Part shown: one piece after another, positions 17,626 to 24,518 of the stretch
Layout of the letters: each line of letters begins with the position of its first letter
How positions within the stretch are numbered: position 1 is the first letter of the stretch
Virus record (IMG/VR): IMGVR_UViG_3300030419_006277
Span: 62,001 to 87,026 of that record
Source of the DNA: an uncultured virus (IMG/VR IMGVR_UViG_3300030419_006277)
Taxonomy: Duplodnaviria > Heunggongvirae > Uroviricota > Caudoviricetes
DNA: 25,026 bases
Direction: 5' to 3' (one strand)
Program-made: the position numbers and the translations under genes
Notes under the pieces: model-generated
The model's input: only the letters and a program-made list of their open reading frames with translations
What the model was told of the DNA's origin: nothing
The model's database searches: none

Positions 17626-17655
17626 TTATTTAAGTCACACAAGAGGAAACTCACC

Positions 17656-17808
17656 ATGAAGCGTTTAACTTACAGAGGCACTGCCTACCAGAAATCCGAG
17701 ACCGTTAGTAAAGAAGGTCAGGATTTGAAACGTGTTCGGGATGATGCGCCTCATACCTACCGTGGTATTCGTTACCACTATGAAGCTAAGAAAAAGCAGG
17801 TTGCTTGA
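17656..17808 (+). CDS. DUF4278-like small basic protein (candidate glutamine synthetase inactivating factor)
   Basis: MKRLTYRGTAY...HTYRGIRY carries a duplicated YRG motif. GAGGA RBS and the promoter position favour ATG 17656 over 17587. Confidence 0.8.
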   Translation: MKRLTYRGTAYQKSETVSKEGQDLKRVRDDAPHTYRGIRYHYEAKKKQVA

Positions 17809-17828
17809 TTAAGGTTTCATAATTGAAT

Positions 17829-17860
17829 AAGGGCTCCTCCATGAGAGGGGCTTTTTATTT
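17829..17860 (+). terminator. Rho-independent terminator, possibly bidirectional
   Basis: gggctcct-ccatgag-aggggctt followed by tttattt, between convergent ORFs. Confidence 0.7.
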
Positions 17861-18013
17861 GGTTTTAAATTCTTCTATCTGTTCTTTCTGTTCTCGTTCT
17901 TTTTCTAAGATTCGTAGCACTAGAGCATCACGTTGATGGATGTTCTCAGGACGCGATAAGTATTTGTCTTTATAAATAGCGGTTATCGCTTCCTGTTTGT
18001 CTTCGCATGTCAT
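17855..18013 (-). CDS. Small hypothetical protein (52 aa, not in ORF track)
   Basis: MTCEDKQEAITAIYKDKYLSRPENIHQRDALVLRILEKEREQKEQIEEFKTK. Confidence 0.55.
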   Translation of the reverse strand: MTCEDKQEAITAIYKDKYLSRPENIHQRDALVLRILEKEREQKEQIEEFKTK

Positions 18014-18082
18014 AGACCTTGCGTGAGTAAAGTTTGTACGAGGACTGGCTAATACTATTTAATGGGGAGTAATAGTCAATTA

Positions 18083-18114
18083 GTTTCATTTTGTTAAGGC
18101 AGTCCATGTAGACT
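18083..18114 (+). promoter_or_regulatory. Putative psbA promoter with an HLR1-like repeat
   Basis: GTTTCATT-tt-GTTAAGGC at 18083-18100, then a TAGACT -10-like hexamer at 18109-18114. Confidence 0.45.
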
Positions 18115-18163
18115 TATGCTAAGCCATTTAACAAATTTAATGGTTTCTTAATTACCGATCATT

Positions 18164-19255
18164 ATGGGCACAGCCATCCAACGGAGGGACGTAGAAGTCT
18201 CTCCAGTACCGGGTTGGCCGCAGTTCTGTGACTGGGTAACATCAACTGACAACCGCCTCTATGTGGGGTGGTTTGGCGTGTTAATGATTCCTTGTCTTTT
18301 GACGGCGACAACCTGTTTTATTATTGCTTTTATTGCTGCTCCACCCGTTGACATAGATGGGATCCGTGAACCAGTAGCAGGATCTATTCTCTATGGAAAC
18401 AACATCATCTCAGGAGCAATTGTACCGAGCTCGAACGCAATCGGAATGCATTTTTACCCAATATGGGAAGCTGCAACGATTGATGAGTGGCTCTACAACG
18501 GAGGACCCTATCAGCTTATCGTCTTCCACTTCCTCATTGGTATCTCTGCTTACATGGGACGCCAATGGGAACTTAGCTATCGACTAGGGATGCGTCCCTG
18601 GATTTGTGTTGCTTATTCCGCACCAGTATCAGCCGCGTTTGCGGTATTCCTTATTTATCCGTTCGGACAAGGAAGTCTCTCTGACGGTATGCCGTTGGGG
18701 ATCTCAGGGACGTTCAACTTTATGTTTGTCTTTCAGGCGGAACATAATATCCTCATGCATCCTTTCCATATGTTGGGAGTTGCGGGGATGTTTGGAGGTT
18801 CTCTCTTCTCTGCTATGCATGGTTCCTTGGTTACATCTTCCCTTATCAGGGAGACAACTGAAAATGAATCGCAAAACTACGGATATAAATTTGGACAAGA
18901 GGAAGAAACTTATAACATCGTTGCAGCCCACGGCTACTTTGGACGTTTAATCTTCCAGTACGCCAGTTTCAACAACAGCCGGTCTCTTCACTTCTTCCTT
19001 GCAGTCTTCCCTGTGGTTTGTATTTGGTTCACTTCCATGGGTATTTGCACAATGGCGTTTAACTTGAATGGTTTTAATTTTAACCAGTCAATTATTGACG
19101 CTCAGGGCAAAGTTGTTCCGACCTGGGGGGATGTCCTGAACAGGGCTAACCTTGGAATGGAAGTTATGCATGAGCGTAATGCTCACAACTTCCCGCTAGA
19201 CTTGGCTGCTGCTGAATCGACTCCTGTTGCTTTAATTGCTCCGGCAATTGGTTGA
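18164..19255 (+). CDS. psbA: Photosystem II D1 protein
   Basis: Full-length D1 ([35 protein letters not shown]); Y161, D170, E189, H190, H332, E333, D342 and A344 equivalents present; no intron. Confidence 0.99.
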   Translation: MGTAIQRRDVEVSPVPGWPQFCDWVTSTDNRLYVGWFGVLMIPCLLTATTCFIIAFIAAPPVDIDGIREPVAGSILYGNNIISGAIVPSSNAIGMHFYPIWEAATIDEWLYNGGPYQLIVFHFLIGISAYMGRQWELSYRLGMRPWICVAYSAPVSAAFAVFLIYPFGQGSLSDGMPLGISGTFNFMFVFQAEHNILMHPFHMLGVAGMFGGSLFSAMHGSLVTSSLIRETTENESQNYGYKFGQEEETYNIVAAHGYFGRLIFQYASFNNSRSLHFFLAVFPVVCIWFTSMGICTMAFNLNGFNFNQSIIDAQGKVVPTWGDVLNRANLGMEVMHERNAHNFPLDLAAAESTPVALIAPAIG

Positions 19256-19324
19256 CGTTTTAGATTTAGTTCGGCTACGTTAAATCAGGTGCATGGTTTT
19301 TCATGTGCGTGTGTGCAAAACATT

Positions 19325-19358
19325 AGACCTGGGGGTGGTGCCTCAGGTCTTTTTTTTA
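19325..19358 (+). terminator. Rho-independent terminator after psbA
   Basis: agacctgggggt/gcctcaggtct stem followed by a long T run. Confidence 0.85.
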
Positions 19359-19404
19359 TACTTAGTACAAGTAAAATTAAAGAAAAGTATTGTTAGATAG
19401 ATAG

Positions 19405-19728
19405 ATGTTGTGGGCTTTACCATCAGTAATAGGTGCAGGAGCAGGTGCTATAGGAGGATGGAAAAAAGGTGGTCTACCTGGTGCTATAGGAGGTGCAGTT
19501 GTTGGAGCGATTCCTTGGAGTAAATGGAAAGCAGCAGGGATGGGACTTGGTTTTCTTAAAGATTGGGTTACTCGTGATAAAAGTAATAGAAATAATATCG
19601 CTGAGGCTGCAAGTTATTCTCCGGAACCTAAAGCTTCTCAGTTTGCACAGAATTATGCTTCTAACTTAGTAGATCAAGATTGGGAAAGTGGACCTTTTAG
19701 TGATTACAGGCCAAGTCTTACTGCTTAG
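19405..19728 (+). CDS. Gly-rich hypothetical protein with a glycine-zipper-like N-terminus
   Basis: IGAGAGAIGG...GAIGGAVVGA; preceded by the shared upstream motif. Confidence 0.7.
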   Translation: MLWALPSVIGAGAGAIGGWKKGGLPGAIGGAVVGAIPWSKWKAAGMGLGFLKDWVTRDKSNRNNIAEAASYSPEPKASQFAQNYASNLVDQDWESGPFSDYRPSLTA

Positions 19729-19769
19729 TTCAGTGTAAGTAAAATTAAAAGATATAGCGTTAATTAAAG

Positions 19770-20195
19770 ATGAATCTTGTAGATAATAATCGTGGGTCAT
19801 TTCGGACAACTCCACCATTTAACCCCGATCCTTATCCTGGAGTTTTTACTACAACTCCCCCATTTAATCCAAGAGGGAATGAACGTCCTCATTTTCAGAC
19901 TATGGAGATCAATACAGATAAGCATGGACTACCTAATCCAGACGGCACTTGGGGTAGAAATCAGACATTACCTTGGGATGGAACTCCAGGGGAAATGCAG
20001 CCTTTAGGAGCAAGAATAGGTAATTTTTTAAATAATTACGAAGTCGCTGGATCTTATGGACAGCAGAAGGATATGCCAGATTATGTTTATGAGTCGTTAC
20101 GTAGGCAGATGGGACCTGGATATGGATTTGGGGATTACAAACCTGAAGACATGAGAAATGTAATTAATTGGAATGCAGGTAGGTTAAGGATCTAA
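19770..20195 (+). CDS. Pro/Gly-rich hypothetical protein
   Basis: 141 aa with an internal F.TTPPFNP repeat (two copies); preceded by the shared upstream motif. Confidence 0.7.
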   Translation: MNLVDNNRGSFRTTPPFNPDPYPGVFTTTPPFNPRGNERPHFQTMEINTDKHGLPNPDGTWGRNQTLPWDGTPGEMQPLGARIGNFLNNYEVAGSYGQQKDMPDYVYESLRRQMGPGYGFGDYKPEDMRNVINWNAGRLRI

Positions 20196-20244
20196 TTAGG
20201 AAAGGTAGAATTAAAGAAATATTGTTTAATTTGCGTTATAACTG

Positions 20245-20733
20245 ATGACTTTAATGCATCCTCAGCATCCCAGGAAGACAGGTAAACCATGGCCTCGGGA
20301 AATTATTGATCCTGGCTTAATTGCTACTGATTCTTGGCCCCAGAATCTTCCTATAGGAAGGACTAATCAAGCACCTCGTCCAGAAGGATTTCAGAGAGCT
20401 GTCACTGGTTTAGCAGACTATATAACAGGAAATAAGTGGGACTTTGATCAGCGTGGGAGAGGTGCTGAGCAAGGAGTTAGAGAAGGTGGTGGAATTCTCG
20501 ATAGGATTGGCAACTTTTTAGGAGGTCTGGGAGTTAATCAAGATTATGAGGATGGTGTTATGAGAGATTCGTCTGGTGGGCGTTTATATCCAAACCCTTA
20601 TGGAGAAGGAAATGTTCATGAGAATTTATATAATGATGAGCGTTGGCATCAGGATCAGATGAGGAGACTGCGTCCTCAACAGGGCGGTGATCTAGATATG
20701 GTGATACCCAACAAAATAAAGTGGTCTGAATAA
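20245..20733 (+). CDS. Gly-rich hypothetical protein
   Basis: 162 aa containing LADYITGNKWDFDQRG and RIGNFL; preceded by the shared upstream motif. Confidence 0.7.
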   Translation: MTLMHPQHPRKTGKPWPREIIDPGLIATDSWPQNLPIGRTNQAPRPEGFQRAVTGLADYITGNKWDFDQRGRGAEQGVREGGGILDRIGNFLGGLGVNQDYEDGVMRDSSGGRLYPNPYGEGNVHENLYNDERWHQDQMRRLRPQQGGDLDMVIPNKIKWSE

Positions 20734-20758
20734 TATGCCGCTTATTAGGTGAATAGTT

Positions 20759-20956
20759 ATGGCAGACAAGTGGATTAAAGATGCAATCAAGCGACCTGGA
20801 GCCTTCACTAAGAAGGCCGAGAGTCGCGGTATGGATGCTCAGGAATTCGCTGCCAAAGTAAGAAAGAATCCAGATGAATATGACACTCGTACTCGTCGTC
20901 AAGCGAACTTAGCTGTGACTCTTAGCAAGATGCATAAGAGTAAGAAGAAGGATTAG
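20759..20956 (+). CDS. Small basic phage protein
   Basis: KWIKDAIKRPGAF...RRQANLAVTL pattern recalled from phage hypothetical proteins. Confidence 0.75.
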   Translation: MADKWIKDAIKRPGAFTKKAESRGMDAQEFAAKVRKNPDEYDTRTRRQANLAVTLSKMHKSKKKD

Positions 20957-21378
20957 TCATCAAGCTTAACTGTTACTTCTGTGTGAGTATGAGCTTTGCC
21001 AGCTATGACTTCTAGTACTCCATCTTTATAAGAAGCTTTTACATCGTCTCTGTTTAATCCGTTTTGGAAGTGAAGAGTCCGACTCCAGGTTCCATAGCGA
21101 AATTCACTGAGAAGATTATCTTTTGTATTTTTAGGTTCGGAGCGTTCAGCTGAGATACTGAGGGTCCGATCTGTTGCTTTGACTTGGATTGAGTCTTTGT
21201 CGACTCCTGGTAGCTCTAGTTTGATAATGTAACTATCTTTTTCTTCGAATATTTCTCCTGCTGGAGTTCTGACTGAGTTGTAGAGTTGTTGTTCGAGTTT
21301 GTCGAATAGATCAAGAGATGCTGGGTAGCGGTTTTGCAGTGGGAAGGTCAACATGTTTTTTAGTCCTCCAAATTCCAT
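20953..21378 (-). CDS. hsp20: Small heat-shock protein (Hsp20 / alpha-crystallin)
   Basis: LELPGVDKDSIQV, EFRYGTWSR and VKASYKDGVLEV motifs. The start may be the downstream ATG (MLTF) after a GGAGG. Confidence 0.93.
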   Translation of the reverse strand: MEFGGLKNMLTFPLQNRYPASLDLFDKLEQQLYNSVRTPAGEIFEEKDSYIIKLELPGVDKDSIQVKATDRTLSISAERSEPKNTKDNLLSEFRYGTWSRTLHFQNGLNRDDVKASYKDGVLEVIAGKAHTHTEVTVKLDD

Positions 21379-21441
21379 AGTTCTACTTTGCCTTATTTTC
21401 TTTAATTTTAGAACTAGGAAAACCGTATGATTAAGTGCGGT

Positions 21442-21606
21442 TTACTGTTCAATCATAATTGAATCGATTGAATGTGGGTGTTCATGTAGATATTGAACAT
21501 CTTCTGTTGCAACTTTGTATGCTTCGTATGAGTTATCTGCATACGTACAGATATCTTTATGTTCTCTAGTTTGTTCGTGATAACCGACTGTGTAATGCTT
21601 CGTCAT
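21442..21606 (-). CDS. Small His/Tyr-rich picocyanobacterial-type protein (54 aa, not in ORF track)
   Basis: MTKHYTVGYHEQTREHKDICTYADNSYEAYKVATEDVQYLHEHPHSIDSIMIEQ; the HYTVGYH...IC.YA...EDVxYL.EHP pattern is recalled from Prochlorococcus and its phages. Confidence 0.8.
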   Translation of the reverse strand: MTKHYTVGYHEQTREHKDICTYADNSYEAYKVATEDVQYLHEHPHSIDSIMIEQ

Positions 21607-21668
21607 TACTCTGTAGCAATTTTATTTACTCTAGGAATGGGAAGCTATATTGAATATTATTTATAGTC

Positions 21669-21803
21669 TTATCTATATATAAGAACCTGGCGGCGATCTT
21701 CTGTTGATTGCCACTTACCATGTCTTGTTTGCTGTCTTCTGATTTCTTCGCAGTGTTCACATTTGCAATAGTATTTTTCTTCTTGTGGTTCTTTATTCTT
21801 CAT
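21669..21803 (-). CDS. Small CxCxxC protein (44 aa, not in ORF track)
   Basis: MKNKEPQEEKYYCKCEHCEEIRRQQTRHGKWQSTEDRRQVLIYR. Confidence 0.6.
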   Translation of the reverse strand: MKNKEPQEEKYYCKCEHCEEIRRQQTRHGKWQSTEDRRQVLIYR

Positions 21804-21880
21804 CAGTTTCTAAAAAGATTTGTAGAAGGATTACTATTATTAAATTTATAGTTATTGTCCAAGTTATTACATAGTTAAAG

Positions 21881-22078
21881 TCAGCAGTCATAAACAACGA
21901 TGTCCTTTCTGTATTCGTTTAGACCTCTGGAGAGGCATTCAATGGTGAACTCTCCTGTACTCATGTTTATAGGTACTATTTTTTCATCTTTTAATTGTTC
22001 TAGTACTGAGAGTATTTCTAATCGTTCTTGAGTTTTATTAGTCATGGGGAATAGATCGGGGGTAATGACTACTTCCAT
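21881..22078 (-). CDS. Hypothetical protein
   Basis: 65-aa ORF co-oriented with its neighbours. Confidence 0.55.
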   Translation of the reverse strand: MEVVITPDLFPMTNKTQERLEILSVLEQLKDEKIVPINMSTGEFTIECLSRGLNEYRKDIVVYDC

Positions 22079-22083
22079 AGTTT

Positions 22084-22557
22084 TTACTTATCCCATATAT
22101 CTGTTAGTCTAAAATTCTCTTCGTTTAATTTGCTTCTTCTTTCTTCTTGTGTTAGGGGAGTAAAATTTTTCGTTCGTTCTCTTACTTCTTCTATTTCTCT
22201 ATTTTCTTTACCTCTTCTTATTTGTTCATCAATCCATGAATCTCTTTCTCCTTTTTTTCGTTCATTCAATCTCATTACATCAAAGAAATTACCTCCTTTA
22301 CCTTCTCTAGGGTCACTTTCTACGCCTCTTTGTTTATCAATCCATGCTCTTGTATCTGCATCCCTATATGGCTTAAGACCAGCAGTCATGATATTCATTA
22401 TCCCAAAGAGTCCACCGCTTTTCCCTGGGAATGCTTGACCTGCCATTCGAGTACTCTTTACTCCTCTTTGTTTGTTTACCCAGTCTTCTCTTTCTCTGTC
22501 CTTTTCAGACAGTTGACCAGAGTTTGTTTGCTCAATAGCTCTTCTATGTGCACCCAT
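22084..22557 (-). CDS. Hypothetical charged protein with internal repeats
   Basis: Three R..W(V/I)..Q.R units; preceded by the shared upstream motif. Confidence 0.7.
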   Translation of the reverse strand: MGAHRRAIEQTNSGQLSEKDREREDWVNKQRGVKSTRMAGQAFPGKSGGLFGIMNIMTAGLKPYRDADTRAWIDKQRGVESDPREGKGGNFFDVMRLNERKKGERDSWIDEQIRRGKENREIEEVRERTKNFTPLTQEERRSKLNEENFRLTDIWDK

Positions 22558-22583
22558 CGTTATTAATAGTCAATCTTTTTATT

Positions 22584-22847
22584 CTACTGCTCCCGATTAT
22601 TCTCATAGAATAAAAAGTTTTTAACAGATTTGTCAGTTGCTGTAGCCATTCTTGTGATGGCTTCTAATTTTTTTTCTGCAGCTAAGGCTCGAGCACTCCA
22701 ATAAGTTAATTGTTGATTTTTACCACCCAATTCTGTCTCTAAAGCCATTTGGAATATGGAGGATGGGCTGATTTGTTCTTTTTTACCAGACTCTTGCCAA
22801 CGGGTGTAAAGTCGTTCAGGTACGGAGACGCTTATGACCTGTGCCAT
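22584..22847 (-). CDS. Putative ribbon-helix-helix DNA-binding protein
   Basis: VISVSVPERLYTRW...ISPSSIFQMALE fits a strand-helix-helix pattern. Confidence 0.55.
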   Translation of the reverse strand: MAQVISVSVPERLYTRWQESGKKEQISPSSIFQMALETELGGKNQQLTYWSARALAAEKKLEAITRMATATDKSVKNFLFYENNREQ

Positions 22848-22891
22848 TCGGTTTTTGTTGTGTGACTTATTTAAGATAGCACGTTATTTAA

Positions 22892-23098
22892 TTAAGTCTT
22901 ATACCTTAGACCTTCTCTTGTAATGGTCATTGATTCACTGGCGATTTCTGGTATTGGTTCACTTACTGTGAGTTTTGTTAGTGCCCTTAAGTCATTTGCA
23001 AATTTCTCTGCTTCATCGATTGTTTTAAATCGAGGTGCATGGCAACCAACGTCGGGGTGGTCGACGAAGACAATATAAGCAGTGACTGGAAATCCCAT
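22892..23098 (-). CDS. Hypothetical protein
   Basis: 68-aa ORF with an upstream TTGCGT-16 nt-TACCGT promoter-like sequence. Confidence 0.65.
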   Translation of the reverse strand: MGFPVTAYIVFVDHPDVGCHAPRFKTIDEAEKFANDLRALTKLTVSEPIPEIASESMTITREGLRYKT

Positions 23099-23161
23099 AG
23101 ATGAGTACTTGTACCGATTAACGGTAGCAGGTTCTTATTTTGACGCAAGGGTTTTTACGAT

Positions 23162-23368
23162 CTACTTGAAGTACTTGTTTAAGACTTCTAATTGATCATG
23201 CCAATGAGCTATTTTATCCAATTCTTCTTGGATAGCTTGTGTTACGTCGGGATGTTCTCCTATACCCACTGAGTTAAGTAGGTAGACTTCTACGTTTGCT
23301 TTATGCATTTCAATCTCACCTTGAGCGTGAGCACGTAGGGCTTTTAAGAGTACATCTCTCATAGTCAT
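23162..23368 (-). CDS. Conserved marine phage hypothetical protein
   Basis: HAQGEIEMHKANVEVYL.NSVGIGEHPDV..AIQEELDKIA is recalled from T4-like cyanophages. Confidence 0.85.
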   Translation of the reverse strand: MTMRDVLLKALRAHAQGEIEMHKANVEVYLLNSVGIGEHPDVTQAIQEELDKIAHWHDQLEVLNKYFK

Positions 23369-23541
23369 GCAAGTAGGAACGGGCCTGACTTGTAATATAC
23401 TCCTGGGTTATCTTTAACGGTTTGATCTGCTTCTTCGTGATCAGTTACTTTTACAACTTCACTGCAGCTTGTACCAGAACTCTTGGTGAGTACAGCCCAG
23501 GCAAGTTTCTTTGCAGGTTTGGTTCCATTCATGCTCATCAT
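23365..23541 (-). CDS. Small hypothetical protein (58 aa, not in ORF track)
   Basis: MMSMNGTKPAKKLAWAVLTKSSGTSCSEVVKVTDHEEADQTVKDNPGVYYKSGPFLLA; ATGA overlap with the downstream gene. Confidence 0.7.
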   Translation of the reverse strand: MMSMNGTKPAKKLAWAVLTKSSGTSCSEVVKVTDHEEADQTVKDNPGVYYKSGPFLLA

Positions 23542-23705
23542 GGCATTTATTCTTTATTCGCGTACTTAATTATGGGGGGAATAAACTTTCCCAGTACAAG
23601 GTGATGTCCAATAGAAAACCACTGCTATGACTGGGGTAAGAAATCCAACCTTAGCAGTGGCAATGGGTTTGTCTAGTGCAAAATCTTTAGATTTGCTGAT
23701 ATGTT

Positions 23706-23885
23706 TTAGTAGCCTCGTAGTACGTCGTAATCAGAGGCATAGTCGGTTACATCAGTAAGTTGCTTGTTAATAGCTAAAGCTAGAAGATCTTCAGTGTTTC
23801 CACCTCCTCCGTATTTAGCTTGAATGAGTTGTCTTCTTACTTCAACTTCGTTGTCTGCTGTTGGTAAGTAAGTTTGCTTACGCAT
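23706..23885 (-). CDS. Small hypothetical protein (59 aa, not in ORF track)
   Basis: MRKQTYLPTADNEVEVRRQLIQAKYGGGGNTEDLLALAINKQLTDVTDYASDYDVLRGY. Confidence 0.7.
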   Translation of the reverse strand: MRKQTYLPTADNEVEVRRQLIQAKYGGGGNTEDLLALAINKQLTDVTDYASDYDVLRGY

Positions 23886-23909
23886 GGTGTTGAGTGCAAG
23901 TGGATATGA

Positions 23910-24188
23910 TCAGGTGATATCAAATGAAGCTGCTTCATACTCAGGAGAGTTTTCTTTAGCTTGAGGCTCTGGTTCAAATTGAGCCTTGATACCTTTGAAT
24001 AGCTCGATTGCTTGATCGAGATTCAGTTCCTGTTCACCATGAATATTAGCAATAAATAAAGGATCTTCTTGCAAGTCTTCAACAGTTTTTAACACTGTAT
24101 TTAGTTTCTTAACAACTTCTCTGTGATGGGACTCCACAGTTACTTTCTTTTTCATGTCAGCGATCATAAAAGTGTACAGGTTCGCCAT
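23910..24188 (-). CDS. Hypothetical protein
   Basis: 92-aa ORF with an AAGGAGAGG RBS upstream. Confidence 0.75.
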   Translation of the reverse strand: MANLYTFMIADMKKKVTVESHHREVVKKLNTVLKTVEDLQEDPLFIANIHGEQELNLDQAIELFKGIKAQFEPEPQAKENSPEYEAASFDIT

Positions 24189-24209
24189 TGCACTGTACCT
24201 CTCCTTATT

Positions 24210-24446
24210 TTAGAAAGGCTGTCTTGCCCCACCTAGGTAACTTCCACCGACCGTTGGCTTTGTTTGCTGTAAGAATCCTCCAGTCATCGCCTCTTTTGCA
24301 GGGCTATCAAATTCTGGCATTTCCATAATGTTTTCATCAGACGTTTCTTGACTCTCAAGACCATCCGATCCGATACCTGACAAGATATCTCCAGCCATTC
24401 TTCCTGAAGCTTCACCGCCTCCTTCTTTTCCTCTGGAACTGCCCAT
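24210..24446 (-). CDS. Gly/Glu-rich disordered hypothetical protein
   Basis: 78 aa containing RMAG; preceded by the shared upstream motif. Confidence 0.7.
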   Translation of the reverse strand: MGSSRGKEGGGEASGRMAGDILSGIGSDGLESQETSDENIMEMPEFDSPAKEAMTGGFLQQTKPTVGGSYLGGARQPF

Positions 24447-24518
24447 CTTTAATTAAGTACTGTATCTTTTATTCTATCTCTTCTTCTTATACATATATAG
24501 TCTTCGGTGGTAGTGGTG

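Noticed and set aside
17587..17655. Longer N-terminus for the DUF4278-like ORF
   Set aside because: This stretch holds the NtcA box, -10 box and RBS, so ATG 17656 is the better start.
23369..23392. caagtaggaacggg hairpin resembling the 3' end of a glutamine (downstream-peptide) riboswitch
   Set aside because: No matching 5' CGTTC strand upstream; it lies antisense within the coding end of ORF 23365-23541.
23565..23705. Open minus-strand frame (HISKSKDFALDKPIATAKVGF...)
   Set aside because: No convincing start codon after the upstream in-frame stop; left uncalled.
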